Below are positions 1-8,626 of a stretch of 64,000 nt of DNA, piece by piece; the stretch's first letter is position 1; each line of letters starts with the position of its first letter. A model generated the notes under the pieces. It was given only the letters and a program-made list of their open reading frames with translations, was not told the origin of the DNA and ran no database searches. The position numbers and the translations under genes are program-made. Source of the stretch: Microtetraspora niveoalba (GTDB lineage: Bacteria; Actinomycetota; Actinomycetes; Streptosporangiales; Streptosporangiaceae). The stretch is from positions 164,910 through 228,909 of the forward strand of contig NZ_BBYM01000011.1 of NCBI RefSeq assembly GCF_001570405.1, written 5' to 3'.

Positions 1-178
1 CGAGCCCGCCGAGCATGTGGACGAGGGTGGACTTGCCCGAGCCCGACGGGCCCATGATGGCGACGAACTCGCCGCTCTCGACCCGCATGTCGATGCCGCG
101 CACGGCCGGCACCGGCACTCCCCCGGACTGGTAGATCTTGACGAGGTTGATCGCCTTGATCGCGGGGGTTCCGGTCAC
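1..178 (-). CDS. ABC transporter ATP-binding protein, N-terminal fragment (gene continues beyond the window start)
   Basis: Reverse-complement translation from a GTG at 178 gives VTGTPAIKAINLVKIYQSGGVPVPAVRGIDMRVESGEFVAIMGPSGSGKSTLVHMLGGL. It contains a Walker A motif (GPSGSGKST) and resembles the LolD/MacB-type ATPase N-terminus. The track ORF 175..801(-) is in a different frame. Confidence 0.8.
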   Translation of the reverse strand, partial: MTGTPAIKAINLVKIYQSGGVPVPAVRGIDMRVESGEFVAIMGPSGSGKSTLVHMLGGL

Positions 179-239
179 GACCGGCCCCCTACGTACGAGA
201 TCGGACGCGACGCGCGGGGTTCGGGGGGTGTGGGGAGCA

Positions 240-752
240 TCAGGGAAGTTCCTCCTGGCAGCGTTCCAGCCAGTCGAGGTCGGCCTGCAGATGGAGCATG
301 GCGCCCTCGATCAGCAGCAGAGCCACCCGATTCCCCGGATCGGTTTGCTCGGCGAGTTCGTTGAGGTCCCGCATCAGCGAGAGGTAGTGGCGGCGCTGGC
401 GGTTCACCAGGGCCATCCGGTCGGCGATGCCCGTCAGCGGGGCGAGCACGAGCTTCATGAAGAACTCGTCCCTGACCCGCGGCCCCTCGGTGGGCTCGTC
501 GACCCAGTTCTCCAGCGCCTCGCGGCCGACGGCCGTGAGGTAGTAGACCTTCTTGTTCGGCCGGTTGGACTGCTCGACGTCCACGGCGCGGACGTAGCCG
601 TCCTTCTCCAGGCGGCCGAGCGTGACGTAGATCTGGCCGATGTTCGGCGACGGGTACGCGCTTCCGAATGTCTTCTCGAGAGCGTGCTTCAGTTCGTAGC
701 CATGGGCAGGTTCCTTCGCGAGGAGCGCCAGCAGCGGCAGCCGCACGCGCAC
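240..752 (-). CDS. PadR family transcriptional regulator
   Basis: 170 aa. The N-terminal winged helix (LALLAKEPAHGYELKHALEKTFGSAYPSPNIGQIYVTLGRLEKDGYV) is typical of PadR, and the gene lies directly upstream of the ABC ATPase gene on the same strand. Confidence 0.85.
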   Translation of the reverse strand: MRVRLPLLALLAKEPAHGYELKHALEKTFGSAYPSPNIGQIYVTLGRLEKDGYVRAVDVEQSNRPNKKVYYLTAVGREALENWVDEPTEGPRVRDEFFMKLVLAPLTGIADRMALVNRQRRHYLSLMRDLNELAEQTDPGNRVALLLIEGAMLHLQADLDWLERCQEELP

Positions 753-885
753 ACCTCCCAGAGCGTAGTGACCGGAACGTTACCGAGCGGACTTGATACA
801 CCCGTTGACGCCCACATTATCGCTATGCATAACATGCATGCACCTACCTAACACGTATGTAACTCGGACTTAATCCGGAGGTCAC
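753..885. promoter_or_regulatory. Divergent AT-rich promoter/operator region between the PadR gene and the sugar-binding lipoprotein gene
   Basis: Local GC drop. Contains the palindromic element TGCATAACATGCATGCA and -35-like TTGATA/TTGACG hexamers. Confidence 0.35.
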
Positions 886-2151
886 GTGGTCCGCCGAGGT
901 TGCCTTCTCCTGGTCACCCTGCTGCTGGCAGGCTGCTCCGGGTTCGGCGGCGACTCCGGCGGGGAGCGGGACGGCGCGACGGGCGGAACCGGCCCGATCA
1001 CGCTCGTCATCGGCCGCGACACGACCGCGTACCTCCGGCCGTTGCTCGACCGGTGGAACCAGGCCCATCCCGCCGAACGGGTGACGCTGCTCGAACTGCC
1101 CGAGGCGGCCGACGAGCAGCGCGCCCAGATGGTGGCCAACCTGCAGGCGCACAGCGACCGCTATGACGTGCTCGGGCTGGACGTGGTCTGGACGGCGGAG
1201 TTCGCCGACGCCGGCTGGATCGTCCCGCTGGACCGCGGCCTGTTCCCCCTGAACAAGCTGCTGGCCCCGGTCGTGGACACCGCCGTCTACCGGGACCGGC
1301 TGTGGGCCGTGCCGTTCACGAGCAACGCCGGGTTGTTGTACTACCGGTCCGATCTCCTCAAGAAGGAGCACCTCAAACCGCCCACGACCTGGGCGGAGCT
1401 CCGCGATCAGGCCAAACGGCTGGGAAAGAAATATGACATAGGCGGATACGCGGGCCAGTTCCTGCCGTACGAGGGGCTGACCGTGAACTTCGCGGAGGCG
1501 GTCCACTCGGCCGGCGGCACGATCCTCTCGCCGGACGCGCGGACCGTGACCATGAACCCCGACACCACCCGGACCGCGCTCGGCTTCCTCGTGGACGGCC
1601 TCAAGGAGGGGTGGATCCCCCAGGAGGCGCTCGCCTACAAGGAAGAGGAGTCCAGGCTCGCCTTCCAGCGGGGCGAGCTGCTCTTCGCCCGCAACTGGCC
1701 GCACGCGTACGGCCCGGCCACGCACTCCGCCGTGGCCGGCAAGTTCCAGGTGACCCGGCTCCCGGGCCACGACGGCCCCGGATCCAGCACGCTGGGCGGG
1801 CAGAACCTCGCCATCAGCGCGTACTCGAAGCGGCAGAAGTCGGCTCTCAACTTCATCCGCTACTTCACCGGACCGGAGAACCAGCGGCTGGTCCTCACCC
1901 AGGGGTCGTTCCCCCCGGTGTGGGCCGACCTGTACGACGATCCGGACCTCATCAGGCGGTTCCCGTACCTTCCCGTGCTCAAGGAGGCGATCCTCTCCGC
2001 ACGGCCGAGGCCGGTCACCGCCAACTACAACCAGGTCAGCCTGGTCATCTCCAGCGCCGTTTCCAGCGCGCTCACCCTCGGCAAACCCGTCGATGAGACC
2101 GTCACCGAGCTGAAACAGCAGCTCGGCGAGGTCATCCAGACTGGAGGATAG
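886..2151 (+). CDS. Carbohydrate ABC transporter substrate-binding lipoprotein (SBP family 1)
   Basis: 421 aa. Signal peptide with lipobox (LLLAGCSG) and an extracellular solute-binding fold. The GTG start is preceded by GGAGG. Confidence 0.85.
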   Translation: MVRRGCLLLVTLLLAGCSGFGGDSGGERDGATGGTGPITLVIGRDTTAYLRPLLDRWNQAHPAERVTLLELPEAADEQRAQMVANLQAHSDRYDVLGLDVVWTAEFADAGWIVPLDRGLFPLNKLLAPVVDTAVYRDRLWAVPFTSNAGLLYYRSDLLKKEHLKPPTTWAELRDQAKRLGKKYDIGGYAGQFLPYEGLTVNFAEAVHSAGGTILSPDARTVTMNPDTTRTALGFLVDGLKEGWIPQEALAYKEEESRLAFQRGELLFARNWPHAYGPATHSAVAGKFQVTRLPGHDGPGSSTLGGQNLAISAYSKRQKSALNFIRYFTGPENQRLVLTQGSFPPVWADLYDDPDLIRRFPYLPVLKEAILSARPRPVTANYNQVSLVISSAVSSALTLGKPVDETVTELKQQLGEVIQTGG

Positions 2152-2154
2152 ACA

Positions 2155-3480
2155 ATGCGGAAACTCCCCCCGGTGGTCGCCATCCTCGCCCTCGCGGCGG
2201 CCGCGTGCAGCAACTCCGCGTCAGACAACCCCGCGGGCGGCAACAGCGCCGCCGCCTCCGCCCCCGCGGAGGCCAAGCCCCTCGCCGGCGTCACGGTCGA
2301 GATCGCCGCCAAGTGGACCGGCGACGAGCAGGCCAGCTTCGAGAAGGTCCTCAAGGCGTTCGAGGAGAAGACGGGCGCCAAGGTCACCTACGCCTCCACC
2401 GGCGAGGACACCGGCGCCTACCTCGGCCCGCGCATCCAGGGTGGCAACCCGCCGGACGTCGCGATCCTGCCGCAGCCCGGACTCGTGCAGCAGTACGCCG
2501 ACCAGAAGGCGCTCAAGCCGCTGTCCTCCGAGGTCCTGTCGCAGATCGACCAGAACTACACCCCGTACTGGAAGGAGCTCGGCTCCGCGGGCGGCCAGGT
2601 GTACGGCGTGCTCGTGAAGGCGGCGCACAAGTCCCTGATCTGGTACCGCCAGGGGGCCTTCGACGACGCGGGCGCCCAGGAGGCCGCGAGCTGGGACGAC
2701 CTGATCGGCAAGACCGCGCAGACCCTGGCCGACTCCGGCACCGCGCCGTTCGCGCTGTGCGCCGCCTCCGGCTGGACGCTCACCGACCTGTTCGAGAACG
2801 TCTACCTGTCGTCGGCCGGCCCGGAGAACTACGACAAGCTGGCCAAGCACGAGATCCCGTGGACGGACCCGTCGGTCACCACCGCGCTGGAGAAGATGGC
2901 CCAGATCTTCGGCAAGAAGGACTTCATGCTCGGCGGCTCGTCCGGCGCGCTGCAGACCGACTTCCCGACCTGCGTCACCCAGGTGTACGGCCAGAAGAAG
3001 GCCGCGATGGTCATCGAGGCCGACTTCGTCGCCGCCTCCGTCGGCCAGTCGGGCGCCAAGGTCGGCGAGGAGGCGAAGATCATGCCGTTCCCGAAGGCCG
3101 GCGACACCGAGCCCGTCGTGCTCGGCGGCGACGTCGGTGTCGTGATGAAGGACTCCAAGGGCGCGCAGGCGCTGCTGGAGTTCCTCGCCTCCAAGGAGGG
3201 CGGCGAGGTCTGGGCGAAGGAGCCCGGCTACCTGTCCCCCAACCGCAACGTCTCGCCGGACAACTACCCGAGCGAGCTGACCAAGCAGCTCGCGCAGACG
3301 ATCATCTCCGCGGGTGAGGCCGTCCGGTACGACATGTCCGACCTCGCGCCGAGCGCCTTCGGCGGCACCGACGGCAAGGGCGAGTGGAAGCACCTCCAGG
3401 ACTTCCTGCGCGACCCCAAGGACATCAAGGGCATCCAGCAGAAGCTCGAGGCCGACGCCGCCAAGGCCTACGGCAAGTAA
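2155..3480 (+). CDS. Carbohydrate ABC transporter substrate-binding lipoprotein (second, tandem SBP)
   Basis: 441 aa with lipoprotein signal (LAAAACSN). SBP family 1, possibly specific for alpha-glucoside or maltose-type sugars. Confidence 0.85.
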   Translation: MRKLPPVVAILALAAAACSNSASDNPAGGNSAAASAPAEAKPLAGVTVEIAAKWTGDEQASFEKVLKAFEEKTGAKVTYASTGEDTGAYLGPRIQGGNPPDVAILPQPGLVQQYADQKALKPLSSEVLSQIDQNYTPYWKELGSAGGQVYGVLVKAAHKSLIWYRQGAFDDAGAQEAASWDDLIGKTAQTLADSGTAPFALCAASGWTLTDLFENVYLSSAGPENYDKLAKHEIPWTDPSVTTALEKMAQIFGKKDFMLGGSSGALQTDFPTCVTQVYGQKKAAMVIEADFVAASVGQSGAKVGEEAKIMPFPKAGDTEPVVLGGDVGVVMKDSKGAQALLEFLASKEGGEVWAKEPGYLSPNRNVSPDNYPSELTKQLAQTIISAGEAVRYDMSDLAPSAFGGTDGKGEWKHLQDFLRDPKDIKGIQQKLEADAAKAYGK

Positions 3481-3492
3481 GGGGACAAGGCC

Positions 3493-5028
3493 GTGACCGA
3501 ACGGTTGAACGGCCCGCAGGCTCCCGGCGGCGACGACCTCGCCGCCGGGGCCTCCCCCGGACCGACAGACGCCTCCACGGCGCCCGCGGCGAGTTCCCCG
3601 GCGCCCCCTCCCGAGCCCCCGGCCGGCACCCGTCCGGCTGGGGACTCCCCCGAACCCCGTGCCTCCTCCGAACCCCCCGCTTCCGCGCAGTCCCCGGGCT
3701 CCTCCGAGGCGGCCGCGGCGGAGCCCCCCGCTCGTGGCGCCAAGGCGGCACGACTCGGCCCGTCACCCAAGATGGCGGTGCTCTTCCTGCTCCCGGCGCT
3801 CCTGCTGCTGGCCGCCTGGGTGATCTACCCCATCGTCTACTCGATCTTCCGGAGCCTGTACGACGCGGCCGGTGACGGCTTCGTGGGCCTGGACAACTAC
3901 CTGGCGATCTTCACGGACTCGGGCACGCTCACCACGATCAGGAACAACATCATCTGGGTCGTGGTGGCCCCGCTGATCGTGACCGTGCTCGGCCTGATGT
4001 TCGCGGTGCTGACCGAGCGCATCCGCTGGGCGACCGCATTCAAGCTCGTGCTGTTCATGCCGATGGCGGTCTCGCTGCTCGCCGCCGGCGTCATCTTCCG
4101 GCTCGTCTACGAGCAGGACCCGGACAAGGGCGTCGCCAACGCCGTCATCACCGTCGTGCACGACACCTTCAGCAGCAGCCAGGGCTATCCCGGCGCCCGT
4201 CCGCGGGAGAACGACGAGGCCCCCGCCGTGCTGAAGGGCGGCGACGTCGTCACCAGGCAGTCCGCGCAGCCCGGCGGGCAGGTCCTGATCCCGCTCGTCG
4301 GCCTGAAGCCGGACGCCGTCGCGAAGGCCCCTCCGGCCAAACCCGCCGGCTCCGGCGGCCTCAGCGGGACGGTCTGGCTCGACGTCGTACGCGGAGGCGG
4401 CGGCACGGTCAACCAGATCGACGACGCGGAGAAGGGGCTCGGCGGGATCACGGTCGAGGCGGTGGCGGACGGCCAGGTCAAGGCCACCACCGAGACGGCC
4501 GCCGACGGCACCTTCTACTTCTCGGGCCTCTCCGCCGGTTCGTACGACATCCGGCTCCCGAAGTCGAACTTCGAAGCGCCGTTCAACGGGCTCACCTGGC
4601 TCGGGCCGACCCTGATCACCCCGGCGATCATCGGCGCGTACATCTGGGTCTGGGCGGGTTTCGCGATGGTGCTGATCGCGGCCGGGCTCTCGGCGATCCC
4701 GCGGGACGCGCTGGAGGCGGCCCGCATCGACGGGGCCACGGAGTGGCAGGTGTTCCGGCGGATCACGGTGCCGCTGCTCGCACCGGTCCTGCTGGTCGTC
4801 TTCGTCACGATGGTCATCAACGTGCTGAAGGTCTTCGACCTGGTCTTCATCATCGCGCCGGGCTCGGTGCAACCGCAGGCGAACGTGATCGCGCTGGAGA
4901 TGTGGCGCGTGTCGTTCGGCGGCGGCGGCAACCAGGGCATGGGTAGCGCCCTGGCCATCTTCCTGCTGGTCCTGGTGCTGCCGTTCATGATCTTCAACAT
5001 CCGGCGGTTCAGGAGGGACGAGCGATGA
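3493..5028 (+). CDS. Sugar ABC transporter permease (MalF-like) with N-terminal Pro/Ala/Ser-rich extension and an inserted Cna-B/SdrD-B-like beta-sandwich loop domain
   Basis: 511 aa. Multiple TM helices and the EAA-type permease motif (IDGATEWQVFRRITVPL). The loop insert GITVEAVADGQVKATTETAADGTFYFSGLSAGSYDIRLP matches the SdrD-B / carboxypeptidase-regulatory-like signature. Confidence 0.85.
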   Translation: MTERLNGPQAPGGDDLAAGASPGPTDASTAPAASSPAPPPEPPAGTRPAGDSPEPRASSEPPASAQSPGSSEAAAAEPPARGAKAARLGPSPKMAVLFLLPALLLLAAWVIYPIVYSIFRSLYDAAGDGFVGLDNYLAIFTDSGTLTTIRNNIIWVVVAPLIVTVLGLMFAVLTERIRWATAFKLVLFMPMAVSLLAAGVIFRLVYEQDPDKGVANAVITVVHDTFSSSQGYPGARPRENDEAPAVLKGGDVVTRQSAQPGGQVLIPLVGLKPDAVAKAPPAKPAGSGGLSGTVWLDVVRGGGGTVNQIDDAEKGLGGITVEAVADGQVKATTETAADGTFYFSGLSAGSYDIRLPKSNFEAPFNGLTWLGPTLITPAIIGAYIWVWAGFAMVLIAAGLSAIPRDALEAARIDGATEWQVFRRITVPLLAPVLLVVFVTMVINVLKVFDLVFIIAPGSVQPQANVIALEMWRVSFGGGGNQGMGSALAIFLLVLVLPFMIFNIRRFRRDER

Positions 5029-5912
5029 CAACCCTGACCGAGCCGAGGCACGCGCGGGCGATCGAGCGCGGCTTCCTCGCGCGCCTGGTCGACCGCCTCG
5101 GCGGCGGCCTGATCCAGGTCGCACTGGTCCTCATCGCGGTGTTCTGGCTCGTCCCGACGCTCGGCCTGCTGGTCGTCTCTCTGCGCGGCGAGACGGAGAA
5201 CAACTCCACCGGCTGGTGGACCCTGTTCTCCAAGCCCGCGCAGGTCACCTTCGAGAACTACGGCAACCTGCTCGCCTCCGGGTTCACCTCGTCGTTCTGG
5301 AACACGGTGCTGATCACCGTGCCCGCGACGGTGCTGGTGATCGGCATCGCGGCCATGGCGGCGTACGCGTTCGCCTGGATCGACTTCCCCGGCAGGGACG
5401 CCGTCTTCCTCGTGGTCGTCGCCCTGCTGGTGGTGCCGGTCCAGATCGCCCTGATCCCCATCGCCAAGATGTACGGGGCGCTGGACATCTTCGGCTCCAT
5501 CCTCGGAGTGGTGCTGTTCCACGTGGCCTTCGGCCTGCCGTTCGCCATCTTCCTGCTGCGCAACTTCTTCGTGGGCATCCCCCGGGAGCTCCTGGAGGCG
5601 GCGCGGATGGACGGCGCGCCCGAATGGCGGATCTTCGCGACCGTGGTGTTCCCGCTGGCCAAGCCGGCGATCGCGTCGCTCGGGATCTTCCAGTTCCTGT
5701 GGGTGTGGAACGACCTGCTGGTGGCCCTGGTGTTCGCGGACACCGCCAACCAGCCGATGACCAAGGCCCTGCAGTCCCAGATGCGGCAGTTCGGCACCAA
5801 CGTGGACATCCTCGCGCCCGGCGCCTTCCTGTCGCTGATCATCCCGCTGGTGCTCTTCTTCGCCTTCCAGCGGTACTTCGTCCAGGGCCTGCTCGCCGGG
5901 TCGGTGAAGTAG
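5025..5912 (+). CDS. Sugar ABC transporter permease (MalG-like)
   Basis: 295 aa, six TM segments, with the EAA loop ([20 protein letters not shown]). Overlaps the upstream permease by 4 nt, suggesting translational coupling. Confidence 0.9.
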   Translation: MTTLTEPRHARAIERGFLARLVDRLGGGLIQVALVLIAVFWLVPTLGLLVVSLRGETENNSTGWWTLFSKPAQVTFENYGNLLASGFTSSFWNTVLITVPATVLVIGIAAMAAYAFAWIDFPGRDAVFLVVVALLVVPVQIALIPIAKMYGALDIFGSILGVVLFHVAFGLPFAIFLLRNFFVGIPRELLEAARMDGAPEWRIFATVVFPLAKPAIASLGIFQFLWVWNDLLVALVFADTANQPMTKALQSQMRQFGTNVDILAPGAFLSLIIPLVLFFAFQRYFVQGLLAGSVK

Positions 5913-5982
5913 CGACCACGGCTCCGGACGGCTCACGAAGCCCGGACGCGTGCCCCTCGGGGGAGGGCACGCGCCCGGGCCG

Positions 5983-6125
5983 CTTGGCACGCAGGCGGAC
6001 CGCGGAGCTGGTTGGCACGCAGGTGGACCGGTGCGCACGCGCAGGGCTCTTTCGCACGCAGGCGGACCGCTGAGCTGTCTCGCACGCGGACGGACCTATG
6101 CGCACGCGCAGGGCTGTTTCGCAGC
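5983..6125. repeat. Complex interleaved direct repeats (GCACGCAGGCGGACCGC and TGCGCACGCGCAGGGCTnTTTCGCA units) in the permease-ung intergenic region
   Basis: Motif A occurs at about 5987, 6015 and 6054, and motif B at about 6031 and 6098. An imperfect hairpin at 5948-5972 immediately follows the permease stop codon. Confidence 0.5.
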
Positions 6126-6207
6126 CGCGGGCTCGTTTCGCCCGTCACCGAAGCGGTTGTACCGACACTTCATCCTTGATCCCGAAAAGCCGATAGGCTT
6201 CGCGACC

Positions 6208-6885
6208 ATGGCAGGGCGTCCACTAAACGAAATCATGGAAGCCGGTTGGGCCGCGGCCCTCGAACCCGTCGCCGAGCAGATCTCCGCGATGGGCGACTTC
6301 CTCCGGCAGGAGATCGCCGAAGGACGGCAGTATCTCCCCTCCGGGGCCAACGTGCTCCGCGCGTTCCAACAGCCCCTGGACGAGGTCCGGGTGCTGATCG
6401 TCGGCCAGGATCCCTACCCGACGCCCGGTCACCCGATCGGCCTGAGCTTCTCCGTCGCCGCCGATGTCCGCCCGCTGCCCGGCAGCCTGGTGAACATCTA
6501 CAAGGAGTACATGGCCGACCTCGACTATCCGCAGCCCGGCAACGGCGATCTCACCCCGTGGACGGAGCAGGGCGTGCTGCTGCTCAACAGGGTGCTGACC
6601 GTGATGCCCGGGAAGCCGGCTTCGCACCGGGGCAAGGGCTGGGAGCAGGTCACCGAGCGCGCGATCACCGCCCTCGTCGAACGGGGCGGCCCGCTCGTCG
6701 CGATCCTGTGGGGGCGTGACGCCCGGAACCTGCGGCCCATGCTCGGCCAGGTGCCGTGCATCGAGTCGGCCCACCCCAGTCCCCTGTCGGCGCGGAGCGG
6801 GTTCTTCGGATCCCGTCCGTTCAGCCGCGCCAACGAGCTCCTCGTACAGCAGGGCGCCGCCCCTGTCGAGTGGAAGCTTCCCTGA
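6208..6885 (+). CDS. ung: Uracil-DNA glycosylase
   Basis: Carries the family 1 UDG motifs GQDPYP and HPSPLS. Confidence 0.9.
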   Translation: MAGRPLNEIMEAGWAAALEPVAEQISAMGDFLRQEIAEGRQYLPSGANVLRAFQQPLDEVRVLIVGQDPYPTPGHPIGLSFSVAADVRPLPGSLVNIYKEYMADLDYPQPGNGDLTPWTEQGVLLLNRVLTVMPGKPASHRGKGWEQVTERAITALVERGGPLVAILWGRDARNLRPMLGQVPCIESAHPSPLSARSGFFGSRPFSRANELLVQQGAAPVEWKLP

Positions 6886-6909
6886 CCTCTGCCACTAGGA
6901 TCAACCACC

Positions 6910-7248
6910 ATGAGCGATGAAACGGATACCGGACGCTACCTCCGTCTGACGGTCGACCTTGTCGTCGAGGTCCAGGATGTCAAGGCGTTGCAGGCGGCGG
7001 CTCTGGCGGAGATCCGCCACCCGGACGCCGAGTTGGACGAGGACGAGCGCCGCGAGCAGATCGAGTTGGTCAACGCGGACGACACCGGGGCGGCGGCCCT
7101 CCAGTGGCTGATCGAGCCCGACCACGTCCTCGGCCTGGTCGAGCACGTCAGTGATGTGGAGCCCCGCGAGGCGATGCTCGGCGTCGAACCGTCTGACGGC
7201 ATCCTCGAAGACGAGGACGAGCACGACCACGACGACCACTCGCACTGA
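6910..7248 (+). CDS. Hypothetical acidic protein with His/Asp-rich C-terminal tail
   Basis: 112 aa with good GC3 codon bias. Ends in EDEDEHDHDDHSH, which may bind metal. No recognisable family. Confidence 0.5.
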   Translation: MSDETDTGRYLRLTVDLVVEVQDVKALQAAALAEIRHPDAELDEDERREQIELVNADDTGAAALQWLIEPDHVLGLVEHVSDVEPREAMLGVEPSDGILEDEDEHDHDDHSH

Positions 7249-7554
7249 GAACTCACCCAGAACCACCCGAAAACCCCGGCGCACCGGTCGCCGTCGGATC
7301 TCCGGCACACCCGTAGCCGTCAGATCCCCGGCACCGGTCCCCGTCGGCCAGCCGCATCGCATCCGTGCGTGCGCACCGGCACCGCCTCCCGGGCACCCGT
7401 CCCGGGACGCAACCCCGGCGGACCCAGGCTCGCTGTGCAGGTCCGGGTCCCCCGGCGCACAAGCAGCCGGCGGACCCCAGGGAGCCCGCACAGGTGGGGC
7501 CGGCGAGTCTGAACAGAGGTGCGAACAGCAGCGCGAACGGTGCGCCGAAGACGA

Positions 7555-8487
7555 TCAGGCTCCGAGAAGGTTCTCACGACGGGCGGCGAGGGCTTCCCGT
7601 TGCCGTGCCAGCTCCTCGCATTGAGCGGCGAGCCGGCCGAGCACGCCGTCGATCCAGCGGGCCACCTCCTGGACCTCCTGTCCGGTCCGCATGATCTTCT
7701 GATGCTTGTACATGTCGAAAATGACGTTGTCGAAGATCATGTCGGCGAACCAGCGCGTGTCCACTTTGGGAAGCTGAGGATTCGCCGCCACCCCCACGTC
7801 GGCGAGCTCCCGGGAGAACGCGTCGAGCGCACGCTGCGCCTGCCAGGCGGCCTGATCGGCGTCCCGGAGGTGGCCGTGCTCGATCATGTCGGCGATCCCA
7901 CCCCCGCCGAACACGTCCCAGGTCGACGCTCCGCGCGCCCCGCCGAGGGACCGCAGAACCTGCCCGACGGCGTTGGCCGCCACCATCCCGGCCTGCCGCG
8001 CTTCCCCGTGCTCGCGCAGATCGGCGTCGACATGCGCGAGTCTCTCGGCGATCTCGGCGAGCTCCCTGCCACGAGGGTCGTCGGAGTCGAGCAGCATCCG
8101 CTCCTTGCGTGCGAGGAGCGCGGCCAACTCTCCGTCGGCGTTCGCCACCTCGGCCAGGCTCGCGTCGGTGGAGCGAAGATCGGTCGCCAGCCACTCCAGC
8201 CGAGTCCGCTGGCCGTGGACACGTTGCCGTACGGCTTCCGCCTCGGCGCGCTCCCGGGCGAGCCGCTCTTCCTTGGTGCCGAAGAGCGAGGCGAAGAATC
8301 CGCCCCGCTCCAGCTTGACGACGTCGTGATCTTCCTTGGCCAGCTCTCGCTCCAGCTCGGCGAGCAGCTTGCGGACCTCGTCGAGCTGCCCGGTCAGGGT
8401 GGCGCGCTGCCTGCTCAGCCGCTCCCGGCGACGCGCCCGGTCCCTGGCGTCACGGATCTCTTCGTCAAGGGCGTCAAATGCGGTCAC
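7555..8487 (-). CDS. Hypothetical coiled-coil protein
   Basis: 310 aa, Arg/Glu/Ala-rich with heptad-like repeats. No catalytic motifs recognised. Confidence 0.55.
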   Translation of the reverse strand: MTAFDALDEEIRDARDRARRRERLSRQRATLTGQLDEVRKLLAELERELAKEDHDVVKLERGGFFASLFGTKEERLARERAEAEAVRQRVHGQRTRLEWLATDLRSTDASLAEVANADGELAALLARKERMLLDSDDPRGRELAEIAERLAHVDADLREHGEARQAGMVAANAVGQVLRSLGGARGASTWDVFGGGGIADMIEHGHLRDADQAAWQAQRALDAFSRELADVGVAANPQLPKVDTRWFADMIFDNVIFDMYKHQKIMRTGQEVQEVARWIDGVLGRLAAQCEELARQREALAARRENLLGA

Positions 8488-8626
8488 ACTTCACAAGACG
8501 TGCAAGCGACGGTCAACGTTCCCCCACGCTCAAGGCGACCCGTTCTCCCGAGGCCTCCGGCTCTCGAAGCCACGCGCTCTCCCAGCACGCACTCTTGAGG
8601 CACCCGCTCTCGACGCCACCCACGGC

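Noticed and set aside
3763-6038. Minus-strand ORFs 3763-5124 and 4515-6038
   Set aside because: Antisense to the two ABC permease genes, whose TM helices and EAA motifs are clear.
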